DNA from: Armatimonadota bacterium
GTDB lineage: Bacteria > Armatimonadota > SYMT01
Length of the DNA: 64,000 nucleotides
NCBI GenBank assembly: GCA_046292385.1
Contig: JBKBRF010000017.1
Coordinates: 37,727-101,726 of the forward strand
Direction: 5' to 3'
Part shown: piece after piece, positions 53,658 to 62,968 of the stretch
How positions within the stretch are numbered: the stretch's first letter is position 1
Layout of the letters: every line of letters starts with the position of its first letter
The notes under the pieces: generated by a model
Databases searched by the model: none
Told to the model about the DNA's origin: nothing
The model's input: only the letters and a program-made list of their open reading frames with translations
Position numbers and translations under genes: made by a program

Positions 53658-54512
53658 TTATGCGCCGACCGCCGAGTACTGCCGGACCCCCGCGCTCCAG
53701 ACCACCTTCAGCAGCAGGAGGGAGACGCCGAGCCAGGCGAGCTGGAGCAGGAAGCCGGGCAGGATCTCCGCGGCGGGGACGCGGCCCAGCGCCAGCTCGA
53801 CCGGAAACGCCCCCATCGCGCGGAACGGCGAGTAGTAGGCGAACGCCGCCAGGGCTCCCGGCAGCAGCGAGAGCGGCGCCACGCGGCCGGAGAGGAAGGC
53901 GTCGAGCGTGAAGTAGAGCTGGTTGATTGCCTCCACGCGAGTGGTCCAGAATGCCAGCGCGGCGAGGGCGTACTGCAGCACGTAGCGCATCACCCCCGCC
54001 AGCAGGAGCGCGGGGACGGCGAGGACGAGGCCGGTCCACCCCTCCGGCGCCGCGGGGCGCAGCAGCACGATCAGCAGCAGCCAGATCGGCAGCAGCATGG
54101 AGCTGGTCACCACCTTGAAGCTGAGGTTGTGGGCGGCGTCGCGGTGGATCGGGTGGATCGGCTTCAGGAGCTGCGCGGAGAGCTGGCCGGAGCGCACGCG
54201 GAAGGCGAACTCGAACGCATCCCACGACATCGTGAGATGACTGAAGATCATAAAGGTGAGGAAGTAGGCGGCGAAGTCGGCCCGCGCGAACTCCTCCGCG
54301 GAGCCGGGCGCGCTCACCGGCCCTCCCCGCGCCGCCGCGGCCGCCGTCCAGACAGCCAGGGAGACGAGCGGCCCCACGAAGCCCCACACGCCCCAGATCA
54401 GCACCGCGAACCGGTACTGCAGCATCAGCGCCATTCCGACCTTGAGCTGTGCCCGGTAGGTGTCGAAGTAGTAGCGGAGGTCCCAGCTCCCCGCGGCGAA
54501 GCGCCGGCTCAC
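53658..54512 (-). CDS. ABC-2 family (DUF990-type) permease
   Basis: LQYRF, VRSGQLSAQLLKP, LSGRVAPLSLLP, GVRQYSAVG. Confidence 0.88.
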   Translation of the reverse strand: MSRRFAAGSWDLRYYFDTYRAQLKVGMALMLQYRFAVLIWGVWGFVGPLVSLAVWTAAAAARGGPVSAPGSAEEFARADFAAYFLTFMIFSHLTMSWDAFEFAFRVRSGQLSAQLLKPIHPIHRDAAHNLSFKVVTSSMLLPIWLLLIVLLRPAAPEGWTGLVLAVPALLLAGVMRYVLQYALAALAFWTTRVEAINQLYFTLDAFLSGRVAPLSLLPGALAAFAYYSPFRAMGAFPVELALGRVPAAEILPGFLLQLAWLGVSLLLLKVVWSAGVRQYSAVGA

Positions 54513-55540
54513 GGCGCTACCTCCGCCGGCTGCCGCGCGGCCTCGGAGTCGGCGGGAGGCTCCTCTCCGGTGCTCTTGAAGATCTGCTCGATCACCTCTT
54601 CCACCGGCGGGTCCTCCACCGTCAGGTCGATCACCGGGATCTCGGAGAGGAGCCGCGCCACGGTGGCGGAGGTCTCCGCCTTCGGGACGCGGAGCTTCAC
54701 CTTCAGCTCCTCGCGCTCCACCACTTCGCCCAGCTCCTCCGCGCGTTTTGCGGCTTCCGGCGTCTCCACGTCGAGCCGGACCAGCTTGAACGGCGCGATC
54801 CGCTCTCCCAGGCCGGAGAGGGAGCCGTCGTAGACCAGCCGCCCGTGGTGGATCACGATCACCCGCTTACAGAGCGCCGTCACGTCCGCCATGTAGTGGC
54901 TGGTCAGCAGCACGGTCGCCCCGTGGGCGCGGTTGTACTCCGCGATGAACTGGCGGATCCGCCCCTGCATGGTGACGTCGACGCCGAGGGTCGGCTCGTC
55001 GAGGAACAGGATCTCCGGCCGGTGCAGCAGCGCCGCGGCGAGCTCGCACTTCATCCGCTCGCCGAGTGAGAGGCTGCGGACCTGCTTCTTCAGCAGCGCT
55101 CCCAGGTCGAGCAGCTCTACCAGCTCGTTCAGGGTCGCCTTGAACTCCGGCTCCGGGATCTGGTAGACCGCCTGGTTCACCAGGAACGAGTCGAGCGCGG
55201 GGATGTCCCAGGCCAGCTGGTTCCGGTTCCCCATCACCAGGCTGATCCGGCGCAGGTAGTCCCGCTCCCGCTGCCACGGCACGTAGCCCATCACCCGCGC
55301 CTCTCCGGCGGTCGGGTGGAGCAGGCCGGAGAGCATCTTCAGGGTGGTCGTCTTCCCCGCGCCGTTGGGGCCCAGGAATCCCACCACTTCCCCCGGCTGC
55401 AGCGAGAAGGTGACGCCCTTGACCGCCTCGACGCTCTTGTAGGTGCGCCGGAACAGGCTGCGAATGGAGGCCTTCACGCCCGCCTCCCGCTCGTGGACGC
55501 GGTAGGTCTTGGTGAGTTGGGTCAGCTCGATCTGCGGCAT
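54509..55540 (-). CDS. ABC-2 type transporter ATP-binding protein
   Basis: GPNGAGKTT, LSLGERMK, LFLDEPT; paralog of 7286-8266. Confidence 0.93.
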   Translation of the reverse strand: MPQIELTQLTKTYRVHEREAGVKASIRSLFRRTYKSVEAVKGVTFSLQPGEVVGFLGPNGAGKTTTLKMLSGLLHPTAGEARVMGYVPWQRERDYLRRISLVMGNRNQLAWDIPALDSFLVNQAVYQIPEPEFKATLNELVELLDLGALLKKQVRSLSLGERMKCELAAALLHRPEILFLDEPTLGVDVTMQGRIRQFIAEYNRAHGATVLLTSHYMADVTALCKRVIVIHHGRLVYDGSLSGLGERIAPFKLVRLDVETPEAAKRAEELGEVVEREELKVKLRVPKAETSATVARLLSEIPVIDLTVEDPPVEEVIEQIFKSTGEEPPADSEAARQPAEVAP

Positions 55541-55568
55541 GGCGGCCTTGCTTCCGGGAAGGAGAGAA

Positions 55569-55603
55569 GGAGAGACGGAGAGACGGAGAGACGGAGAGAC
55601 GGA
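55569..55603. repeat. Tandem octamer (GGAGAGAC)x4
   Basis: GGAGAGACGGAGAGACGGAGAGACGGAGAGACGGA, upstream of the ABC ATPase. Confidence 0.8.
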
Positions 55604-55801
55604 CCGCGTCTCGAAAGGTGGAACTAAAGTTACCAGATGGGGTTCATCACCCGGGTGCTTGCCCCCTCCTCGCCGTGCGATCGATCTCAGCCGCGGAGGC
55701 GTACGGGACTTCGCTCCCGGCCGCGCCGGGCTCCTCGCGCGTCGAGGTCCGCACTGGCGTGCCGGACCCCTCTATCTTTGCACCGGCGAGATGAAGCGGA
55801 A

Positions 55802-55830
55802 AGGGCCGCACCCGGCTGGGGTGCGGCCCT
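55802..55830 (-). terminator. Intrinsic terminator after the ferritin-like gene
   Basis: AGGGCCGCACCC-GGCTG-GGGTGCGGCCCT with a short T run on the minus strand. Confidence 0.6.
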
Positions 55831-55857
55831 GACTGACTCTACGGATGCCGGCGCGCG

Positions 55858-56361
55858 CTACGCGGCCTTCTGCATCTGGGCGTCCTTGTTGATGTGCTTC
55901 TCGGCGAGCATCGTCAGCTTCTTGTCGGTCTCGCCCTCTTCATCGAGAGTCTGCTGCAGAAGCCGGGCGGCCTGCTTCTCGCCCAGCAGGTTGGCCCAGG
56001 TGCGGCAGGTGCCGTAGCCGGCCATTTCGTAGTGCTCCACGCGCTGGGCGGCGGAGATGAGCGCGGCGTCCAGGACCTCCGGATCGCTGATCTCCTTCAT
56101 CATCTCCTCGCCCTCGCTCAGGAGCCCCTTCAGACCCTTGCAGGTCTTGCGAGTCGCCTTCTCGTCCATCTGCTCGAAGACCTGCTCCAGCCGCTTGATC
56201 TGTCCTTCGGTCTGGGTCCGGTGCTGGTCGAACGCCATCTTCAGGTCGTTGGACGAGGCCTTCTTGGACATCTTCTCCAGCGCCTGGACGATCTGGTGCT
56301 CGGCGTCGTAGAGGTCCTTCATCTCGTCAATCAGAAGCTCGCGCAGATTGGTCGGTTCCAT
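55858..56361 (-). CDS. yciF: YciE/YciF (DUF892) ferritin-like protein
   Basis: KDLYDAEHQ, H..QT..QI.RLEQVF, DAALISAAQRVEHYEMAGYGT, TLDEE..TDKKLT. Confidence 0.92.
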   Translation of the reverse strand: MEPTNLRELLIDEMKDLYDAEHQIVQALEKMSKKASSNDLKMAFDQHRTQTEGQIKRLEQVFEQMDEKATRKTCKGLKGLLSEGEEMMKEISDPEVLDAALISAAQRVEHYEMAGYGTCRTWANLLGEKQAARLLQQTLDEEGETDKKLTMLAEKHINKDAQMQKAA

Positions 56362-56485
56362 GGTGCTCTCCTTTCGCGAGCCGGGCAGTCACCCGGCCAA
56401 AAGGTGGTACCCGCCGCCTTCGGCATGGAAACGATCCGAGGGGCCAATCTGGACCGGTCTCCGGGCGGACCGGCGTCGCGCGGCT

Positions 56486-57646
56486 TTAGCCCTCCTCCGC
56501 CGCGCGCGGCGCCAGCTCGTGACGGTCGAACTCACGGCCCCGATCGTCCAGGTGCCGCAGGACTGCGTGGTCCCCTTCGATTCGAAGGAAGGTGATCCCG
56601 TACCTGCCGTCCTGCCGGGCGGCGGTCCGGGCGTCCGACGGGCCCTCGAACGGATAGAGGCGGGCGCCGCCGTTTCCGGAGACGACGTAGGTAACGCCGT
56701 TGATCGGGTGGAGCCGCTGGTAGTTGTGGTCGTGACCGGCGAAGACCAGGTCGACCCCCTGGCGCTCGAAGACGGGAGCAAGCCCGCTCCGCAGCTTCTC
56801 ACTGTCGCCGTGGTCGCCGCCGCTGTAGATCGGGTTGTGCATGAAGACCAGCTTCCAGCGGGCGGCGGTCGCCTGCAGGTCGTCCCGCAGCCAGGGGCGG
56901 ACCACGTTCCGCAGCGTCGGCAGGTCGAGGCTGGCATCTAGCACCACGCAGTGGGCGGAGCCGTAATCGAACGAATAGTTGCGGTGCGGCGGCAGCCCGG
57001 GAGGGCCGTTTTCCGGCGTGGCGGAGGCGCGCTGGAGCGGCAGCCCGTCGTCCGCGGCGAGGTCGTGGTTGCCGAAGACGTGCCACACCACGTGCGAATC
57101 GGCGTAGCGGGCCAGCGGCCGGAAGAAGCAGGAAGTCAGCGTTCTCTCGCTGGCGGTGGGGTACCCGAGGTCGCCGAGAGCGACCGCAAAGTCCGGGTTC
57201 TCCTTCTGCAGCACGCGGATCACCGCTTCCTGGGGAGGGCCGCACTGTCCCACGTCGCCCCACGCCGCCAGGGTAAACGGCGAGCCGTCCGCGGGGCGGG
57301 TGCGGAAGCGCGTCCACCTGGAGCGGCCGCGGTCCGTACGGACCCGGTACTCGTAGCGGCGGCCCGGCTCCAGGCCGGGCAGGGTCACCTGGTGGCGGAG
57401 CCGGCGGCCGGGGAGCCGCACCGTCCGCGCGCCTCCCTCACCCACCGGCCGCACCCACGCCTGGGTTTGCTGCCGCCGCTGGGTGGTCCAGCAGACGGTC
57501 ATGGAGGTGCCGCGGTCGTCCTGCAGATAGGGCGCGCGGGGGCCCGGCGGAGCGGTGTCCGCCGGGGGCGGCACCAGGCTGAATGAGGCGGCCAGGGCCG
57601 CGCCTGCCGCGAGCGCGGTGATACGAAGAGAGGTGCGGAGCTTCAT
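56486..57646 (-). CDS. Purple-acid-phosphatase-like metallophosphoesterase with N-terminal Fn3-like domain
   Basis: WGDVG, GDLGY, GNHD, FMHNP, AGHDHNY; signal peptide. Confidence 0.9.
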   Translation of the reverse strand: MKLRTSLRITALAAGAALAASFSLVPPPADTAPPGPRAPYLQDDRGTSMTVCWTTQRRQQTQAWVRPVGEGGARTVRLPGRRLRHQVTLPGLEPGRRYEYRVRTDRGRSRWTRFRTRPADGSPFTLAAWGDVGQCGPPQEAVIRVLQKENPDFAVALGDLGYPTASERTLTSCFFRPLARYADSHVVWHVFGNHDLAADDGLPLQRASATPENGPPGLPPHRNYSFDYGSAHCVVLDASLDLPTLRNVVRPWLRDDLQATAARWKLVFMHNPIYSGGDHGDSEKLRSGLAPVFERQGVDLVFAGHDHNYQRLHPINGVTYVVSGNGGARLYPFEGPSDARTAARQDGRYGITFLRIEGDHAVLRHLDDRGREFDRHELAPRAAEEG

Positions 57647-57685
57647 CGGGAGTGGGATGGGGCGGGGGCGATCCCCCGCCCGTTA

Positions 57686-57849
57686 GAGCCTATCCGAACC
57701 GGCCTGCCTGGCTGCAGCCGGCTGTGAGCCGACCATGCGTCGTCCGGAGCGGGGGTCCGGCCATGCTTCGAGGCCGCATCCCCGCTCCCTCCTAGCCTGC
57801 TCGCCTCTCGCTCGGCTTCGCTAGCAACCGAGTCTGTTCGGATAGGCTC
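57686..57849. mobile_element. MITE (164 bp) with IS5-family-like ends
   Basis: Perfect 14-bp TIRs GAGCCTATCCGAAC / GTTCGGATAGGCTC, flanked by TTA direct repeats (57683-85, 57850-52); no transposase inside. Confidence 0.75.
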
Positions 57850-57910
57850 TTAACTTGCCCCTCGCTCCTCTCGGCGCCTCCCTGCCGAGGCCAATCGCTG
57901 CCGGGGCCGG

Positions 57911-58978
57911 TTAGAGCACCCGGGTCGGTACCGGAGGACGCATCGGCGCCGCGGCCGGCGGCTCGCCTCCCGGCACGCCCTGCCGGAGCATGCGGATCGC
58001 GCCGACGAACTGGCGTTTCCCCATGTTGTCCTGGTGCTCTAGCTCCACGAACGCGTAGATCTCCAGCCCGCTCCGCATCACGCGCGCATTGCCGATGACC
58101 GCATTCTCCTCCGGATGCTCATCCTCCGGATCCTCTTCCCGGTCCGGCTGCGGCTTCGCGTTGGGCGCGGGCTTCGGTGAGGGCTTCGGCGCCGGCTTCT
58201 GGCCCGGCTGCTTCCCGGGCTTCCCCGCTCCGGGCTGACCCGCCTCCGGCTTCTCCGGGGTGATCGGGTAGGCCACCAGGTCCGCGTAGTCGAGCGTCGC
58301 CGCGCCCCAGGTGCGCTCCTGGTACTGGCGGGTCTGGAACACGCCGGACGGGGAGGGGTTGGAGTGACTCTGGTGGTCCAGCACGAACTGGGCCGGACCC
58401 GAGTAGACGCCGTCGTCGCCCCACTGGGCCCCGATTCCGGGCAGGTTCTTCAACTGCAGGGTGCCGCGGGCCGTCTCCGTGTAGTACCGGAGCAGGCCTC
58501 GCTTCGACGGGCTCTCCCGCTCGAACGCTTCGATCCGGGACGGCTCGAGGTCCTTGATCACGATCTCCGCCTGCTCCAGCTTCCGCCGGAGCTGCGGGGG
58601 CAGGTTCGTGATGGCAATCTGCGAGCGGACAGACCGGCCTTCGCGATCTTCCCGCGTCTCCCAGAACCCGCCCGGGCTCGCCACCTGGTCGAAGCGATAG
58701 GTCCCGGCGAGGCGCTTGAGGCTGACGGGCCAGACCGTGCTCGGGTCCATCGGTCGCTTGTCGCCCGGCTGCCCTTCCTCCGGGACGGGCGGCTGCTCCT
58801 GCGCCTGGTCGAGCCCGCCCGCGGGCGCTTCCGGCGTCGAGTCGGCCTGCGCGCGGACCGAATAGAGGCCGGCGCCGGAGGTCAGAAGGATCGCCAGGGC
58901 GATCAGCGTCAGATGCCAGATTCTCACCGCAACTCTCCGAGCGGGCCGAGTGCCACGCGTGGCGCCAACCGGTTTCAT
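57911..58978 (-). CDS. Secreted hypothetical protein
   Basis: GGAGG RBS; hydrophobic N-terminal segment; Pro/Lys-rich insertion; family not recognised; true start may lie downstream. Confidence 0.6.
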   Translation of the reverse strand: MKPVGATRGTRPARRVAVRIWHLTLIALAILLTSGAGLYSVRAQADSTPEAPAGGLDQAQEQPPVPEEGQPGDKRPMDPSTVWPVSLKRLAGTYRFDQVASPGGFWETREDREGRSVRSQIAITNLPPQLRRKLEQAEIVIKDLEPSRIEAFERESPSKRGLLRYYTETARGTLQLKNLPGIGAQWGDDGVYSGPAQFVLDHQSHSNPSPSGVFQTRQYQERTWGAATLDYADLVAYPITPEKPEAGQPGAGKPGKQPGQKPAPKPSPKPAPNAKPQPDREEDPEDEHPEENAVIGNARVMRSGLEIYAFVELEHQDNMGKRQFVGAIRMLRQGVPGGEPPAAAPMRPPVPTRVL

Positions 58979-59142
58979 AGCAACCCTCCCCCAGGAAGTA
59001 CCCCGTTAAACAAATGCAGCCGCTCGGTGCGGTGGCGGTCCCGGATGCAAAGCAGTTCACCGCGATAGCGCCGCTCCCTGCCCCGCGGGAGGAAGCTCCT
59101 TCCGCCACAACGTATAGCTCGTGGGAGTAAACTGAGCCAGCC

Positions 59143-59769
59143 ATGTCCCTCCGGATCAAGATCTGCGGCATCACGAACCTGGCCGATGCGCTGGCGGCGG
59201 TCGACGCCGGGGCGGATGCCCTCGGCTTCGTCTTCGCTCCCAGCCCCCGACACATCACTCCCGCGCAGGCCGCCGAGGTGGTGCGGGAGCTGCCGCCGTT
59301 CGTCACCACGGTGGGACTGGTGGTCGATCAGGACCCGCGGCCGATCCTGGCGGAGTGCCCGCTCGACGTAATCCAGTACCACGGCACCGAGCTCCCGGGA
59401 TTGATTCGGATGGTCGGCCACCGCGCGGTCAAGGCGTTCCGCGTGCGGGACGAGGCCGACCTGGCCCAGCTCGACGGCTACGGAAGCGCAGCGGCGTTCC
59501 TGCTCGACGCCTACGTCCCCGGCATCCCGGGCGGCACCGGCCAGCGTTTTCCGTGGGAGCTCGCCGCTCGCGCGCGGCGGTTCGGCAAGCCGGTGATCGT
59601 GGCCGGCGGGCTCACGCCGGAGAACGTGGCGCTCTGCGTGGAGACCACGCGCCCGTACGGGGTCGACGTCTCCAGCGGCGTCGAGGCGGCACCCGGCCGT
59701 AAAGACGCCGCGAAGGTCCGCGCCTTCATCGCCGCCGCCCGCCGCGCCGCCTCCGCGCTCGATTCCTGA
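59143..59769 (+). CDS. trpF: Phosphoribosylanthranilate isomerase
   Basis: IKICGIT, GADALGFVF..SPR, QYHGTE, GGTG..FPW, AGGLTPENV, GVDVSSGVE. Confidence 0.96.
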   Translation: MSLRIKICGITNLADALAAVDAGADALGFVFAPSPRHITPAQAAEVVRELPPFVTTVGLVVDQDPRPILAECPLDVIQYHGTELPGLIRMVGHRAVKAFRVRDEADLAQLDGYGSAAAFLLDAYVPGIPGGTGQRFPWELAARARRFGKPVIVAGGLTPENVALCVETTRPYGVDVSSGVEAAPGRKDAAKVRAFIAAARRAASALDS

Positions 59770-59845
59770 GCGTCACCCCGCCCCAGCCCGGGTAGACCTC
59801 CTCGGGTGGGCCCACTCCCGACCGCCCGCCCGGAGGAGTAGTAGG

Positions 59846-60412
59846 ATGTCGATTCCCTCGAACGGACTGCGCGTGGCCGCGCTGGTGGCGGACGGCTTCG
59901 AGCAGGTGGAGCTGACAGAGCCGATGCAGGCGCTGGAGCGTGCCGGCGCCCAGGTGGAGATCGTCTCGCTCAAGCCCGGTGAGGTGCAGGGCTTCAACCA
60001 CTTCGATCGGGCCGACCGCTTCCCCGTAGACGAAACGGTCGACCGTGCCGACCCCGCCAGCTACGACGCATTACTGGTTCCCGGCGGCGCGCACAGCCCG
60101 GACCAGCTTCGCGCCAGCGAGGAAGCGCTGGAGTTCGTACGCCACTTCGACCGCGAGCAGAAGCCGATCGCGGTGATCTGCCACGGCCCCTGGGTGCTCG
60201 TCTCCGCCGGCGTGGCGCGCGGCCGGAACCTGACGAGCTACCACACGATCAAGGACGACCTGGTGAACGCCGGCGCCAACTGGGAAGACCGCGCGCCGAT
60301 CTGCGACGACAACCTGGTGACCGCCCGCAGCCCGGACGACATTCCCGCCTTCAACGACGCGATGCTGAGCCTCTTCGGCCTCGCCCAATCCGCGGGGAGG
60401 CGAGCCGCCTGA
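59846..60412 (+). CDS. pfpI: PfpI/DJ-1 family protein (type 1 glutamine amidotransferase-like)
   Basis: DGFEQVEL..P, YDALLVPGG, ICHGPW, DLVNAGA.WED, R.PDDIPAF. Confidence 0.92.
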   Translation: MSIPSNGLRVAALVADGFEQVELTEPMQALERAGAQVEIVSLKPGEVQGFNHFDRADRFPVDETVDRADPASYDALLVPGGAHSPDQLRASEEALEFVRHFDREQKPIAVICHGPWVLVSAGVARGRNLTSYHTIKDDLVNAGANWEDRAPICDDNLVTARSPDDIPAFNDAMLSLFGLAQSAGRRAA

Positions 60413-60853
60413 GGAGACTGAGAGGGGGAGTGGGAGCAAGGGGGAGTGGGAGACTCGTCCGAACGGAGAGTCGGACCCACCTCCCCCTCTGCTGCCAAAC
60501 GTCTGGACCAGGCGGGCGCGAAGATTCCGACAGTGGTCGTGTGCATGCTCCAACCCGCGGAGCCCGGAGGCGGAGCCGGAGGGATCCACTTGTGAGGCCC
60601 CCAGGCGCGGGGGCCTCGCTTGAGCCGGACGGAGCGGCCCGTGAACCGCCGCTATGATCAAGCCGAAGCACTCGGACGCGGAGCAAAGGCTGCCGGGGAG
60701 TACGCCCGAGCAGTCCGCTAGCGCAGCCCGAAGGGCGGAGCGTGAAAGGACTGGCGGAGGGCCAAGCTCGCGGGAGGGCCGTTCCGTCCGGGGAGGGCGG
60801 GGGGTGGACTTCCGGAGAGATGCTGATTTGGGCGAGAGAAACCTACCCTGCCG

Positions 60854-61054
60854 CTAACGGGGTCGTTCCCCCACAGGAACCTCCTCCCCATCCTCCTTGA
60901 TCGCCTCGTCCAGGAGCAGGATCGGGATATCGTCCCGCACGGGGTAGCTGCGGCGGCAGGCCGCGCAGTAAAGGCGGTCGTCGCCGCGGAGCACCAGCTC
61001 TCCCTTACAGGCAGGGCAGGCAAGAATCCGCAAGAAGTCGGCATCTATCGGCAT
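60854..61054 (-). CDS. Trm112-like / YcaR zinc-ribbon protein
   Basis: LRILACPACKGEL...C...YPVRDDIPILLLDEA. Confidence 0.88.
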   Translation of the reverse strand: MPIDADFLRILACPACKGELVLRGDDRLYCAACRRSYPVRDDIPILLLDEAIKEDGEEVPVGERPR

Positions 61055-61177
61055 AGCAGAAACCGGGATGGGAGAACGGGTGGGTGAGCGTTCAACGGGA
61101 CTGGCCTCGGGCGTGGGTCTCCCACTCGCCCACTCCCCCTTGCGCCCACTCCAACCCGAAAGAAGTAGTCGCCCTCG

Positions 61178-61924
61178 TCAAGGCACAGGATGGTGCAGCT
61201 CCACCGGCTTGCCTTTGCGGAGCTTCAGGTTCAGCATCTCCACGATGGTGGAGAACGCCATCGCGAAGTAGGTGTATCCCTTCGGGATGTGCTGGTGCAG
61301 TCCTTCCGCTACCAGGTTCGCGCCGATCAGGATCAGGAACGCCAGCGCCAGCATCTTCACCGTCGGGTGCCGCTCCACGAAGTTGCCGACCGGCTCCGCG
61401 AAGAGGAGCATGAAGCCGACGGAGAGGAGCACTGCCGCGATCATCACCGCCACCTGGCTCACCATCCCGATGGCGGTGATCACCGAGTCGATCGAGAAGA
61501 CAACGTTGATCAGCAGCATCTGGGACATCACGCCGGCAAAGGTGACGGCGGCGCCGGTCATCTGCCCCACGTGCTCGTTGTGGCCCTCCAGTTTATGGTG
61601 GATCTCCTTGGTCGCCTTCGCCAGCAGGAAGAGGCCGCCGAGCAGCAGCACCAGGTCCTTCGCCGAGATGCCCTTCTCCATGAACGGAATATGGAAGAGC
61701 TCCGTCTTCTCCAACCCGATGATGATCCCGATGCCGAGGAGCATCACGACGCGCGGGATCAGCGAGAGCACGAGCCCCATCTGGCGGCCCCGCCGCTGCT
61801 CTCCCGGCGGGAGCTTGCCGGCGATGATGGCGATGAAGATGACGTTATCGACGCCGAGCACGATCTCCAGCAGGGTCAGCGAGAGGAGACCGATCCAGGC
61901 TTGCGGGTCCGAGAGCCACTCCAT
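61178..61924 (-). CDS. TerC family membrane protein
   Basis: LEIVLGVDN, FSIDSVITAIGM, HPTVKMLALAFL, IPKGYTYFAM. Confidence 0.92.
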   Translation of the reverse strand: MEWLSDPQAWIGLLSLTLLEIVLGVDNVIFIAIIAGKLPPGEQRRGRQMGLVLSLIPRVVMLLGIGIIIGLEKTELFHIPFMEKGISAKDLVLLLGGLFLLAKATKEIHHKLEGHNEHVGQMTGAAVTFAGVMSQMLLINVVFSIDSVITAIGMVSQVAVMIAAVLLSVGFMLLFAEPVGNFVERHPTVKMLALAFLILIGANLVAEGLHQHIPKGYTYFAMAFSTIVEMLNLKLRKGKPVELHHPVP

Positions 61925-61963
61925 AGTCGTTGATGGTCCTCCAGGGGAGAGAGCGGGTCGGGG

Positions 61964-62635
61964 TCAGGACTGGTGGCGCAGCGCGAGCTCGTGGGTCACG
62001 GAGACGATTTCTTCGACCTCTGCGAGGCCGCCCATCCCCTCATCGCCGCAGGCGAGCCGCTTGCTCTGCGGCGGTACCACGCGCAGGCGGGCGCAGAGGT
62101 GGTTGATGGCGTCGCAGAACGCCTCCGCTCCGGCGCCCAGCACCGGTGGGGTGCCGCCGTGGTGGTCGACCATAAGCTGGCTCAGGTGCCGCTGCGTGGC
62201 GGGATGCTCCCACATCAGCGTGTTCATCGCGGGGGCCAGCACCACCGGCTGGTCGAAGTCCCACGCACGGTAGACGCAGGTGAGCAGGTTGTCGCTGAGC
62301 CCCAGCGCCAGCTTCGCCAGAGTCTGGGCATCGAGCGGCGCAATCAGCAGCAGGTCGGCCCATTTGCGCAGCTCGATGTGGAGCACCGGCTCGCCGACCT
62401 CGAACAACCGCCCCTGCGGCCACTCGTCCTCGTCCAGGTAGACGGTGTGCTGGTCCCGCACCGGCAGCGCAGCCGAACCACCGGTCGCCGGCAGCGCCGC
62501 GGGGTCGAAGAAGCTGAGCGCGGCCCGCGTGGGGGCGACCTTCACCTCATGTCCGCCCGCGGCCAGCGCTTCGCAGAGCGCCGGCGTCTTCACGGCCGCC
62601 ACCGAGCCGGTTACACCAAGCAGAATTCGAGCCAA
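61964..62635 (-). CDS. coaC: Stand-alone phosphopantothenoylcysteine decarboxylase (HFCD flavoprotein)
   Basis: ILLGVTGSVAA, LHIELRKWAD, PAMNTLMWEHP, LACGDEGMG; no fused CoaB domain. Confidence 0.85.
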   Translation of the reverse strand: MARILLGVTGSVAAVKTPALCEALAAGGHEVKVAPTRAALSFFDPAALPATGGSAALPVRDQHTVYLDEDEWPQGRLFEVGEPVLHIELRKWADLLLIAPLDAQTLAKLALGLSDNLLTCVYRAWDFDQPVVLAPAMNTLMWEHPATQRHLSQLMVDHHGGTPPVLGAGAEAFCDAINHLCARLRVVPPQSKRLACGDEGMGGLAEVEEIVSVTHELALRHQS

Positions 62636-62727
62636 CGCGCCTGTTCCCCCACCGCTGCCGCCGAGTTCGTGACGTTCTTCTAACGTTTCATTCTGGCACA
62701 GGATGCGCCAACGCCGCTAACTCGTCT

Positions 62728-62954
62728 CGAACGAACGCGAAGGCGCGAAGCGGCGGAAGGACGCGAAGGAGGGAAAACAGGGCTGCCAGGTGATACTCGC
62801 CCTCCGCGGGCCCGCGCGCGAGTAAACTCGGCGCTACACAGAGCGAAGCCCGCCTGCGCGGGCTCCGAATGCGGTGACACAGTGTAGCCAGCCTGTCCCC
62901 TTCAGGTTCCTCTTCGCGTCCCTCGCGTAAACTTCGCGCCTTCGCGTTCGTTCG
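62728..62954. repeat. 23-bp inverted repeats enclosing a REP-like element (copy 3, 62815-62864)
   Basis: CGAACGAACGCGAAGGCGCGAAG (62728-50) and its exact reverse complement (62932-54). Confidence 0.75.
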
Positions 62955-62968
62955 GAGTCCGGCGGAGG

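Noticed and set aside
61964-62635. LanD-type RiPP decarboxylase
   Set aside because: No precursor peptide, LanB/C/M or YcaO nearby; motifs fit PPC decarboxylase
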